Assembly: GCA_965248055.1 (NCBI GenBank)
Contig: CBDFIJ010000004.1
Span: 992,001 to 1,056,000 of the forward strand
DNA: 64,000 nt
DNA from: Candidatus Multivoradales bacterium
Lineage (GTDB): Bacteria > Acidobacteriota > Thermoanaerobaculia > Multivoradales > JAHEKO01
Direction: 5' to 3'
The notes under the pieces are model-generated. The model searched no databases. It was not told where the DNA came from and worked only from the letters and a program-made list of their open reading frames with translations. The translations under genes and the position numbers were made by a program. The number at the start of each line of letters is the position of its first letter. Within the stretch, counting starts at the first letter, position 1. This document shows positions 40,804 through 49,438 of the stretch, piece by piece.

Positions 40804-42780
40804 TTAGCTGGCCTTCTGCTGGTCTTCAGCAGCCTCGTCCTCAGCAGCCCCGTCCTCAACAGACCCGTCGTCAGCAGTTGAGTCCTCAACGACCTCGTCC
40901 GCCTCGTCTACAAACTCAGCATCGATGACTTCGTCCTCGTCGCTGGCCGCGTCGCCACCGGCATCCGGTGCCGCACTCTCTTCAGCAGCCTGCTGATACA
41001 TCGCCTCGGCGAGTTTGTGCGACGCCTGCGACAAGTTGGCCATGGCTTCTTCCATGGTGGTGGCGTCATCGCTCTCTAGTGCGGTCTTGGCGGTCGCCAA
41101 AGCCTCATCCAAGGTTGCCTTGTCGGCGTCCGCGAGTTTGTCGCGGTGTTCACCCAAACTCTGCTCGGTCGAGTAGACCAAGCTGTCCAGCTGGTTGCGA
41201 ACCTCGACGGTCTTACGACGCTCTTTGTCGGTATCGGCGTTGTCTTCCGCCTCACTGACCATGCGCGAAATCTCGTCGTCACTCAAACCACTGGAAGCGG
41301 TAATGGTGATGTTCTGCTCCTTGCCGGTGCCCTTGTCTTTGGCCGAGACGTTGACGATGCCATTGGCATCGATGTCGAACGCGACCTCAACCTGCGGGAT
41401 GCCACGTGGCGCCGGCGGAATGCCTACCAGGTGGAAACGACCGAGAGTCCGGTTGTCCTTGGCCATCTCGCGCTCACCCTGGAGCACGTGAACCTCGACC
41501 GAAGTCTGGTTGTCCGCGGCAGTCGAGAACACCTCGCTCTTGTTAGTCGGAATGGTGGTGTTGCGCTCGATCAAGCGAGTGAACACACCGCCCAAGGTCT
41601 CGATACCCAGCGATAGCGGCGTAACGTCCAGCAGCAGAACGTCTTTGACGTCCCCGGCCAGCACACCACCCTGTACCGCGGCACCGATCGCCACCACTTC
41701 ATCCGGGTTGACGCCCTTGTGTGGCTCCTTGCCGAAAAACTCCGCGACCTTCTTCTGGATCAACGGCATCCGGGTCTGGCCACCGACCAAGACCACTTCG
41801 TCGATGTCACTGGCTTTGACGCCAGCGTCTTTGAGCGCCTGAGCACAAGGCTTCAACGACCGCTCGACCAGGTCACCAACCATCTTCTCCAGCTGGCTGC
41901 GTTGGATCTTGACGTTGACGTGCTTGGGGCCGGAGGCATCGGCAGTGATAAACGGCAGATTGACCTCGGACTCGGAAGCAGTGGAAAGCTCAATCTTGGC
42001 CTTCTCCGCCGATTCCTTGAGCCGCTGCATCGCCATCGGATCGCCGGAGAGATCCAAGCCTTGGTCCTTCTTGAACTCAGTCAGCAACCACTCGATGATC
42101 ACTTGGTCGACGTTGTCGCCACCCAAGTGGGTATCACCGTTGGTCGCCTTGACCTCGACCACCCCGTCGCCCACTTCCAGAATCGAAATATCAAAGGTAC
42201 CGCCACCGAAGTCATAGACCGCGATCAGCTCGTCACCCTTCTTGTCCAAACCGTAGGCTAGTGCTGCCGCAGTCGGCTCGTTGACCAAACGCTCGACTTC
42301 CAGACCGGCAATCTTGCCCGCGTCCTTGGTCGCCTGGCGCTGCGCGTCATTGAAGTATGCCGGCACCGTGATCACTGCCTTGGTGACCTTCTCTCCCAGA
42401 TAATCCTCGGCAGCCTGCTTCAGCTTGCGCAGAATCATCGCCGAAATCTCTGGTGGCGAATACTCCTTGCCACCAGCGACCACCCGCAACGCGCCGTCGT
42501 TGTCGTTGACCTTGTAGGGAACCATCTTCATCTCTTCCGAGACTTCGTCCCGGTTGCGGCCCATAAACCGCTTGATCGAAAACACCGTGTTCTCGGGGTT
42601 GGTCACCGATTGGCGCTTCGCCACCTGCCCCACCAGCCGCTCACCGCCCTCAGTGAATGCGACCACCGAAGGGGTGGTGCGGTTGCCTTCCGAATTGGCG
42701 ATCACGGTCGGGTCTGAACCCTCCATCACCGCAACCACGCTGTTGGTTGTTCCTAAGTCAATACCAATAATTTTGCTCAA
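40804..42780 (-). CDS. dnaK: Chaperone DnaK
   Basis: [32 protein letters not shown]. Confidence 0.98.
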   Translation of the reverse strand: MSKIIGIDLGTTNSVVAVMEGSDPTVIANSEGNRTTPSVVAFTEGGERLVGQVAKRQSVTNPENTVFSIKRFMGRNRDEVSEEMKMVPYKVNDNDGALRVVAGGKEYSPPEISAMILRKLKQAAEDYLGEKVTKAVITVPAYFNDAQRQATKDAGKIAGLEVERLVNEPTAAALAYGLDKKGDELIAVYDFGGGTFDISILEVGDGVVEVKATNGDTHLGGDNVDQVIIEWLLTEFKKDQGLDLSGDPMAMQRLKESAEKAKIELSTASESEVNLPFITADASGPKHVNVKIQRSQLEKMVGDLVERSLKPCAQALKDAGVKASDIDEVVLVGGQTRMPLIQKKVAEFFGKEPHKGVNPDEVVAIGAAVQGGVLAGDVKDVLLLDVTPLSLGIETLGGVFTRLIERNTTIPTNKSEVFSTAADNQTSVEVHVLQGEREMAKDNRTLGRFHLVGIPPAPRGIPQVEVAFDIDANGIVNVSAKDKGTGKEQNITITASSGLSDDEISRMVSEAEDNADTDKERRKTVEVRNQLDSLVYSTEQSLGEHRDKLADADKATLDEALATAKTALESDDATTMEEAMANLSQASHKLAEAMYQQAAEESAAPDAGGDAASDEDEVIDAEFVDEADEVVEDSTADDGSVEDGAAEDEAAEDQQKAS

Positions 42781-42881
42781 AGTTCATTCCTCCCGACCCA
42801 ATCCAGTGAGTCGCAGTCAATTTGGAGATGCCCAGACTGGAGATCCGCTAGAGCTTTCTAGTCAGGTTTCCGCCGGGTGAA

Positions 42882-42915
42882 TTGACAATATTCGCATGAG
42901 CGCGTCTTTGTCAAA
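42882..42915 (-). promoter_or_regulatory. dnaK promoter overlapped by an inverted repeat / HAIR-like operator
   Basis: Minus-strand TTGACA-18 nt-TATTGT; TTGACAA...TTGTCAA inverted repeat; CATGAGC-N7-TGTCAAA partly matches HAIR CTTGAGT-N7-ACTCAAG. Confidence 0.55.
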
Positions 42916-42953
42916 TTCGTCCTACACTTTATATGACAAGAATAAGCGCAGAT

Positions 42954-44867
42954 TTATTCCCGGTGTCGGGCCGCCGCCAAACACAGCTGCGTAGTCAGCA
43001 GATCGAGTGCGTTTAACTCGCACCCTTCATTATGGAGACGCTCTAACGTCGCTGCGATATGCATTGTTTTCTTTGACTTCCGATTGGAGACCCCAAGCTC
43101 AACGGCAACCTCACCCCACGCCCGATCCCAGCAAGAATCGCCGATGTCACCTTTGATAGCCGCCTCTATGTCCCTCGGCCACAGTACGCAGTTGTCAAGA
43201 AACTGAGTAGTACGAGGGTGCTGTTCGTTCTGCTGCTGTCCTAGGACGCCCAGAATGGAATTATTGAGATCATTACTCCTCGTATCGCCCAAGGAATGCC
43301 CTTCTCTATGATCCCCGTCCACCACGGCGTACACAGGAATCCCCAATTGCACCAATATTGCGGCAAAGTCTTGTATCTTGTCCTTTCCACCACATTCAAC
43401 AATGTGTCCACCGTAGCCTCGGAACTCATCCCAACGCCCAAACAGCCTTAGGCTGGTCGCGACATGTGCCACATCCTCCAACCCCTCAACCAATACCACA
43501 AATGATGCAAAGAACATTTCCGCTTGGCTAGGTCGAAGACACTGTTCGACCGCCATCATTTGACTGCTAGGAAGCCTTGGCGCGCCGCCACCGGCCTCAG
43601 CCAAAACTTCACACAACTTTTTGTAGCTTAGTCCGGTAACCAAAGCCTCTTGTCTCTGATTATGCCTTCGAACCAATCGTACTGATTCAAATCCACGACC
43701 AGACACAAATTGGGGACTATGACTTGTAACAACTATCTGCACGCCCACATCAGTCGCGAGTCGCTCAAGAACAGCGGCAAGATGTCGCGTTTGTGGTGGA
43801 TGCTGAAAGAGTTCAGGCTCCTCGAAACCCAAGAGAAGAGTTCTCCCCTTATCGGACCTCGCATCCGCCAACTCTTCAAGCACTGCGGCGACATAAGCTC
43901 GCTGCAGCCCATGCCCCGTTCTTGAAAACGTCCCGACAAATTCATCGTCATCGCCGAGATGTACTTCGGCCTGAGGTCGAGCAACTTGAATCGACCGAGA
44001 TGGTTCCGAAGCCCACTGCAGATTCAACGCAACTCTGGAATGGGACCAGGTGCGAAGTCTCTCTCTGAGGGCAGAACGCAGCGCATCAAGATCAACCTGC
44101 CTTCGGTCTATGATCCCCTGATAGTCAGACTCAGTGCGCTTTCGAAGGGCCTCGACCTCTTCATCAAGGGCAGTGTGCCCTTGGAGTGACAGACTTAGAA
44201 GTTCAGCCAGTGCACTATTCCGTGCATCTGTGGATTCATCAGAGGGGTCCTGCATGGCCGGAATCCTGATCCACTGGAGATGCCTTCCTAACTTGCTTCC
44301 TTGTTGCCAGCCGTAGAACTGGTCTCGGCTTTGTATCTCGACGCACTCACCGCGATGCTCTTCTTCATATGTTCGAAGAGCCAACTTCATGTTTGCCTTC
44401 ACTCGTTCGTCGGGCAGGTCTGAAAATTCCTCCCGAAGTTTTGAATATATTCCTCTCAAATCGACCGCAGCCCCGCCACTTGAATCAACTTCGAAATAGG
44501 CAGCGAACCTTTCAATCCCGAGTCTTGATCCAAACTGAACAATTAGAGCTTGCTGTTTTTCAACATCCCACTCCGCGACAGCGCTTACCACCAATTCACC
44601 ACTCCGGACGTAATCCTCTAGTTCGGCCAGCGCATCAACCGAGAGACTCGAAAACGTCAGGGTAATCCGAATTGGCGATGATGTATTTCGGCGATGAAAA
44701 TCCTCTTCTTCTAACGACCCCCCCTTGCGAAAAAAGACATCCATTGCCTCCAAGACCGTAGATTTTCCTGCACCATTTGGGCCTACAAAGCAGACGTATT
44801 CATCGAAGTAGATGGTAATATCCTTAAAGCAGCGAAAATTTTCCACGCGGAGCTTAGTTAGCTGCAT
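42954..44867 (-). CDS. OLD-family ATP-dependent nuclease (ABC ATPase + TOPRIM)
   Basis: ENFRCF, GPNGAGKS, GHGLQR, FEEPELFQHP, TSHSP, TOPRIM VLVEGLED and VVDGD. Confidence 0.9.
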   Translation of the reverse strand: MQLTKLRVENFRCFKDITIYFDEYVCFVGPNGAGKSTVLEAMDVFFRKGGSLEEEDFHRRNTSSPIRITLTFSSLSVDALAELEDYVRSGELVVSAVAEWDVEKQQALIVQFGSRLGIERFAAYFEVDSSGGAAVDLRGIYSKLREEFSDLPDERVKANMKLALRTYEEEHRGECVEIQSRDQFYGWQQGSKLGRHLQWIRIPAMQDPSDESTDARNSALAELLSLSLQGHTALDEEVEALRKRTESDYQGIIDRRQVDLDALRSALRERLRTWSHSRVALNLQWASEPSRSIQVARPQAEVHLGDDDEFVGTFSRTGHGLQRAYVAAVLEELADARSDKGRTLLLGFEEPELFQHPPQTRHLAAVLERLATDVGVQIVVTSHSPQFVSGRGFESVRLVRRHNQRQEALVTGLSYKKLCEVLAEAGGGAPRLPSSQMMAVEQCLRPSQAEMFFASFVVLVEGLEDVAHVATSLRLFGRWDEFRGYGGHIVECGGKDKIQDFAAILVQLGIPVYAVVDGDHREGHSLGDTRSNDLNNSILGVLGQQQNEQHPRTTQFLDNCVLWPRDIEAAIKGDIGDSCWDRAWGEVAVELGVSNRKSKKTMHIAATLERLHNEGCELNALDLLTTQLCLAAARHRE

Positions 44868-44925
44868 TGCTGGTCCTCAATTTGTAGCAGAGGCCGTTTC
44901 ATTAAAGCACAAAAAAACCAACGCC

Positions 44926-45141
44926 ATGAACAGAACTCCAGTTGACTCATCCAATATAGCCTCTGTTGGGTACGATTCAAAACGTCGGATTCTTGAGGTC
45001 CAGTTCAATAACGGAACAGTCTACGAGTACTATGAAGTACCCTCGACAACTCACAGCAGCTTGATGTCTGCGGGCTCTACTGGTAGCTACTTCAACGCCA
45101 ATATTAGGGATCGATTCCGCTTTACTAAGATTCAATCTTAA
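44926..45141 (+). CDS. KTSC domain protein
   Basis: SSNIASVGYD...LEVQF.NG.VYEY..VP......LMSA.S.GSYFN.NIR. Confidence 0.9.
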   Translation: MNRTPVDSSNIASVGYDSKRRILEVQFNNGTVYEYYEVPSTTHSSLMSAGSTGSYFNANIRDRFRFTKIQS

Positions 45142-45194
45142 GCGTACAGCGCAGCTGGCTGCATAAGAATTGGGCACAGATCTAAAGTATCCTC

Positions 45195-45765
45195 AGTAAA
45201 GAAGGGCACATTTTGATCGACGCGCCGATGGAGGAGAACCCTATCTGCCAACTGTCTCAAAGTTGTTGACAGGTTCCGAGAACGCGGCACAGATCCTCGC
45301 CAATGTCGCAGCCCTGGGATTTCGCGTCGAGGACATCGAGATCTTGTTGGCATCGCACGCCCATTTCGACCACACCGGGGGCATGGCGGAGGTCAAGGAA
45401 CGAACGGGAGCCCATATTTCAGGAGGGCAGTTTTCGGAAGCCCCGTTTTCGAAAGCACTGCTGTGGCTGAGCGCGGCGGGCGCGGAGCTTGGCAGCACGG
45501 GAGGCAAGGGGAATTTTCACTTCGGCGATGCGCTTGCCTACCCTGCGGTCGCTGCCGACCACATCCTGGAGCACAGCGCCCCTACAGAAGAGCCCACGGT
45601 TGAGCTCGGTGGACACTCGCTGACCGCGCTGCTAACCCCAGAACATATTGCTCATTAGATATTGGGGGCTGCACCAGTTGGACGTTCGAGGTCATGGACG
45701 GTGACCGAAAGCTCAAGGCGCTCATCGCCTGTAGTCTCACTGCCCTACCTCTCGATCGAGGCAGG
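45195..45765 (+). pseudogene. Decayed subclass B3 metallo-beta-lactamase
   Basis: GHILIDAPMEEN, then AAQILANV...SHAHFDHTGG, TPEH, and GCTSWTFEV...ACSLT in shifted frames; no start, internal insertions and a stop. Confidence 0.8.
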
Positions 45766-45773
45766 AGGTCGCC

Positions 45774-45827
45774 TTGTTCGTGAAGATTGTAAGTTGAATT
45801 GACAATTTTCACGAACAATCCTAGGAT
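45774..45827 (+). promoter_or_regulatory. 17-bp inverted repeat overlapping a sigma70 promoter (leaderless)
   Basis: TTGTTCGTGAAGATTGT...ACAATTTTCACGAACAA; TTGACA-17 nt-TAGGAT ending 6 nt before GTG. Confidence 0.7.
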
Positions 45828-45833
45828 CCTCTC

Positions 45834-47024
45834 GTGCCTATTCGTCGCGATGTTGCCTCCCACATATCTGCATTATGTGAGTCCTTCCCGGTGGTCACCA
45901 TTACCGGTCCCCGTCAGTCGGGCAAGACAACTCTTTGCCGGGATCTTTTTCCAGACAAACCGTATCTCTCTCTGGAATCGCTCGATCAACGCGAGTACGC
46001 GTCAGGCGATCCACGTGCCTTTCTTGATGAATACCGCGAAGGTGCAGTGATCGACGAGGTGCAGCGAGTCCCCGACTTGCTCTCGTACCTACAGACTGAG
46101 GTCGACCAAGACCCGAGGGCTGGGCGGTTCATCCTCACCGGTTCTGCGAATCTCGCCCTTTTGCAGTCGGTTTCACAATCACTCGCAGGCCGCACTGGGC
46201 TGGTCACATTGCTACCCTGCACGCGTCGAGAAATAGAGCGCTTTCCCGACTACCCCCCAGTCTCTTGGAAGCAGGACCTTTGGGAGCACATTTGGCGCGG
46301 TGGCTTTCCTGCAATTCCAGACCGCGGTATCGCCCCTGCAGACTGGTTTGAGGCCTACGTTGCAACCTACGTCGAACGCGATGTCCGCCAAATCACCAAT
46401 GTCACCGATCTGTCGGCATTCCAAACCTTCCTGGGATTGATTGCTGGACGCACCGGGCAGTTGCTCAATCTTTCGCAGGTGGGCAACGACGCGGGCATAA
46501 CCCACAACACCGCAAAGTCCTGGCTCTCGGTACTGGAAACGGGGTACCTCGCTTTCCGGCTGCGTCCGTTTCACGCCAACCTGCGCAAGCGTTTGGTCAA
46601 GTCTCCGAAGACCTATTTCTACGACACTGGGTTGGCCTGCTTTCTGATCGGCATTCGCTCACCCGATCAGTTGGCGACACACCCGCTGCGGGGAGCTCTG
46701 TTCGAGAACTACGTTGTCTGCGAGATACTGAAGTCGATCCTGAACAAGGGTCGACGTCCCCGGCTCTCTTTCTACCGCGACCACTACGGACACGAAGTCG
46801 ATCTGTTGGTGGAGCGAGAGACCGACATCACCGCTGTTGAGATCAAATCGGGCGGTACGATTGCCAGCGACTTCTTCAAGGACTTGAAATGGTTGCGCGA
46901 GCAGGGCAAGGGAACTCTCAATGCGACCATGAATCCGATGTTGGTATACGGAGGAAGAGAAGCACAAGAGCGCAGCCACGCCAAGGTTGTCCCGTGGCCC
47001 GATATCGAAGATTTCAATTGGTAG
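45834..47024 (+). CDS. AAA_14 ATPase with DUF4143 and C-terminal PD-(D/E)xK-like domain
   Basis: GPRQSGKTT, IDEVQ, ILTGS, SLAGR, KSPKTYFYDTGL, EVDL...EIKSG. Confidence 0.9.
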   Translation: MPIRRDVASHISALCESFPVVTITGPRQSGKTTLCRDLFPDKPYLSLESLDQREYASGDPRAFLDEYREGAVIDEVQRVPDLLSYLQTEVDQDPRAGRFILTGSANLALLQSVSQSLAGRTGLVTLLPCTRREIERFPDYPPVSWKQDLWEHIWRGGFPAIPDRGIAPADWFEAYVATYVERDVRQITNVTDLSAFQTFLGLIAGRTGQLLNLSQVGNDAGITHNTAKSWLSVLETGYLAFRLRPFHANLRKRLVKSPKTYFYDTGLACFLIGIRSPDQLATHPLRGALFENYVVCEILKSILNKGRRPRLSFYRDHYGHEVDLLVERETDITAVEIKSGGTIASDFFKDLKWLREQGKGTLNATMNPMLVYGGREAQERSHAKVVPWPDIEDFNW

Positions 47025-47051
47025 TAAGTTCTTATTCGGAGGATCGATCAC

Positions 47052-47942
47052 ATGCAGCACGAGAGCATCGGAAACACCGCATTCTCGGCCTCATCCGTCT
47101 CCTACGGCGCCTGGCCGCTTTCCGACCCGTCCCCTCGCCCCACCGAAGCGGAGGCTATTCAGGTGGTCCACGCCGCGTTGGATGGTGGAGCGACGCTGAT
47201 CGATACCGCGGATGCTTACTGCCTGGAGCAGAGCGAGGTGGGGCACAACGAGCGGTTAGTGGCCAAGGCGCTGAAGGCCTGGTCGGGGCCGCAATCTGGA
47301 GCCAAGCATGAGATCACGGTGGCAACCAAGGGCGGGTTCGTCCGGCCCGGCGGTCAGTGGGTGTCGAAGGCCGATCCAGAGCACTTACGCTCCGCTTGTG
47401 AGCATTCGCTGCGATGTCTCAACACCGACTGCATCGACCTGTATCAACTCCATGCCCCAGATCCCAAAGTGCCGCTGGAGGACAGCGTTGGAACGCTGGC
47501 CGCTCTGCAGCAGGAAGGCAAGATTGACAAGATCGGGCTTTCCAATGTCTCGGTGGCAGAGATCGAGATCGCCCGATCGATCGTTGAGATCGTCAGCGTG
47601 CAGAGCCGACTCAATCCGTTCTTCCGTGAGGCGCTGCGCGACGGCGTAGTCGATCATTGCGACCAGAATGGTCTGGTGTTCTTCGCCTACAGCCCGCTGG
47701 GCGGTGGCCGGCTCAACCGCAAGTTGCCCGAGATTCCCGAACTGCAGGCGATCGCCGAGAGCCACGGTGCCTCCAACCATGCGGTGGTCTTGGCCTGGGT
47801 GCTGGCGCAAGGGTCCAACGTGGTGGCGATCCCGGCTGCGCGTAGGATTGCACACGTGCTCGATAGCCAGTCGGCTGCCTCAATCGAACTCAGCGCCGAA
47901 GAACTGGCCTTGATCGACGCGGCGACCTTCTCCATCGCTTAG
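47052..47942 (+). CDS. Aldo/keto reductase
   Basis: IDTADAY, ATKGG, IDLYQLH, IGLSN, YSPLGGG. Confidence 0.93.
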   Translation: MQHESIGNTAFSASSVSYGAWPLSDPSPRPTEAEAIQVVHAALDGGATLIDTADAYCLEQSEVGHNERLVAKALKAWSGPQSGAKHEITVATKGGFVRPGGQWVSKADPEHLRSACEHSLRCLNTDCIDLYQLHAPDPKVPLEDSVGTLAALQQEGKIDKIGLSNVSVAEIEIARSIVEIVSVQSRLNPFFREALRDGVVDHCDQNGLVFFAYSPLGGGRLNRKLPEIPELQAIAESHGASNHAVVLAWVLAQGSNVVAIPAARRIAHVLDSQSAASIELSAEELALIDAATFSIA

Positions 47943-47948
47943 GACAGC

Positions 47949-48704
47949 GTGCCAACCTTCGCCCTTTTGTGTCTTCTGCGCCTCTTGGCGGTCGGGGCGG
48001 AAGACGACAATCGCCCTGCTGTCCCGGAGCTTCTGTACGGCAGCCAGACGCAATACCCGATCTGGGTTTCGCTGGATGCGATCAACCAGAACGGTGTCGA
48101 CCCGAACTATCCGCACAATGAGGTGGTGTGGGACAACCGCCCCATCGCACTCATGCCCTCCGCCGAATGCGACGAAACGACCATGATCTACGATCATTTC
48201 GGATGGATCGAGCGCCGCCCGGAGAGTGTTGAAGAGCTGTTGACAAACGAGCAGCCGATACTCCGTTTTGAAATCGTGCATTCGACTCCTGGCTTCTATA
48301 CCGGCATGCCGGCGTTCATGCTCCAATTGCGGACCGAGTGGATGAGCGAATCCGCGTTCCGAAAGTACGGCTGGCGGTCGTACTTCAATGCTGCATTGTT
48401 GGAAGGTTCATTCAGACAAGGGGATCAGTACCAATGCTGGAATCAATTAGGTGATGGAGAGCTTGCTCTCCAATCTCTCACTGTTGGATCAGACGTCCTG
48501 TACTTGCCATTGCACGAAGCATACGGTCACGAGGCTTTGGAGTTCGTATATGCGGAAGAAATCTTCGCGCGAGGCCAGGACGGCACCGAGTTGATCCCCG
48601 ACGAGCTGAGCAAATCCAGCCCATCACCTTTGTCTTTTGAAGTGATTGAGAAGGTGGTCCGCAGTAGCTTACGCCAAGTGGTACAGCCGGAAGACTTCGA
48701 CTAG
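47949..48704 (+). CDS. Hypothetical secreted protein
   Basis: 251-aa ORF with signal-like N-terminus; no recognisable motif. Confidence 0.65.
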   Translation: MPTFALLCLLRLLAVGAEDDNRPAVPELLYGSQTQYPIWVSLDAINQNGVDPNYPHNEVVWDNRPIALMPSAECDETTMIYDHFGWIERRPESVEELLTNEQPILRFEIVHSTPGFYTGMPAFMLQLRTEWMSESAFRKYGWRSYFNAALLEGSFRQGDQYQCWNQLGDGELALQSLTVGSDVLYLPLHEAYGHEALEFVYAEEIFARGQDGTELIPDELSKSSPSPLSFEVIEKVVRSSLRQVVQPEDFD

Positions 48705-48779
48705 AAACGCTCTAAGTACCCGCTCGTTCGCCGCAGACGGCGTGCGAGAACAGGCCGACTCAGGTGGGCCGGTCGATAC

Positions 48780-49392
48780 AGATTCCCGCCCCTCGCTCCC
48801 CACCCGCTGGAATGACGGGCTGCTACTACCTTTTACCCCACCCGCGTCAGAATGGGAGGGGGCAACCCCCTCGATCCAACTCAGCGCCGAAGAACTGGCC
48901 TTGATCGAAGCCGCGACCTTCTCCATCGCCTAGCTATCAACGTATTCAAAACGACACACCCCCAACTCGTCATCCCGGCGGGGAAAGGATTGGGGGGCCG
49001 GGATCTACACATCTCAGCTGCGGAATCTGCACGCCCACCTTGGCAAAGATTCCCGCCCCACGCTCCCCTCCCGCGGGAATGACCGCCTGCTTTGCAGGGG
49101 CGGGTTTTACCCGCCCGCGTCAGAACGGGCGGGGACAAACCTCCCCCCTACTTCTCCATCGCCTAGCTATCTCCGCGCGCCCTTATGACCTACCCAAACT
49201 CGTCATCCCGGCGGGGGAAGGATTGGGGGGCCGGGATCTACGCATCCCAGCTGCGGAATCTGCACGCCCACCTTGGCAAAGATTCCCCCCCACGCTCCCC
49301 GCCCGCGGGAATGACGGGCTGCTTTGTAGGGTCGGGCTTTACGCCCGCCCGCGTCGGAAGGGAGGGGATAAACCCCTCCCCTACACCTAGCT
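48780..49392. repeat. Tandem units containing the aldo/keto reductase 3' end, CGTC-type hairpins and GTAG-type REP doublets
   Basis: CGTCATCCCGGCGGGG...CCCGCGGGAATGAC twice; GTAGGGTCGGGCTTTACGCCCGCCC...GGGAGGGGATAAACCCCTCCCCTAC. Confidence 0.85.
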
Positions 49393-49438
49393 GGCGTATG
49401 CGTACGAAGCGCGGCCCGAGCACTGCTACCATCACCGC

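Noticed and set aside
42954-44867. Gabija or retron system
   Set aside because: No UvrD-like gajB, reverse transcriptase or msr-msd region is adjacent.
45263-45658. Functional beta-lactamase resistance gene
   Set aside because: Lacks a start and signal peptide, is interrupted by insertions and a stop, and the C-terminal part is missing.
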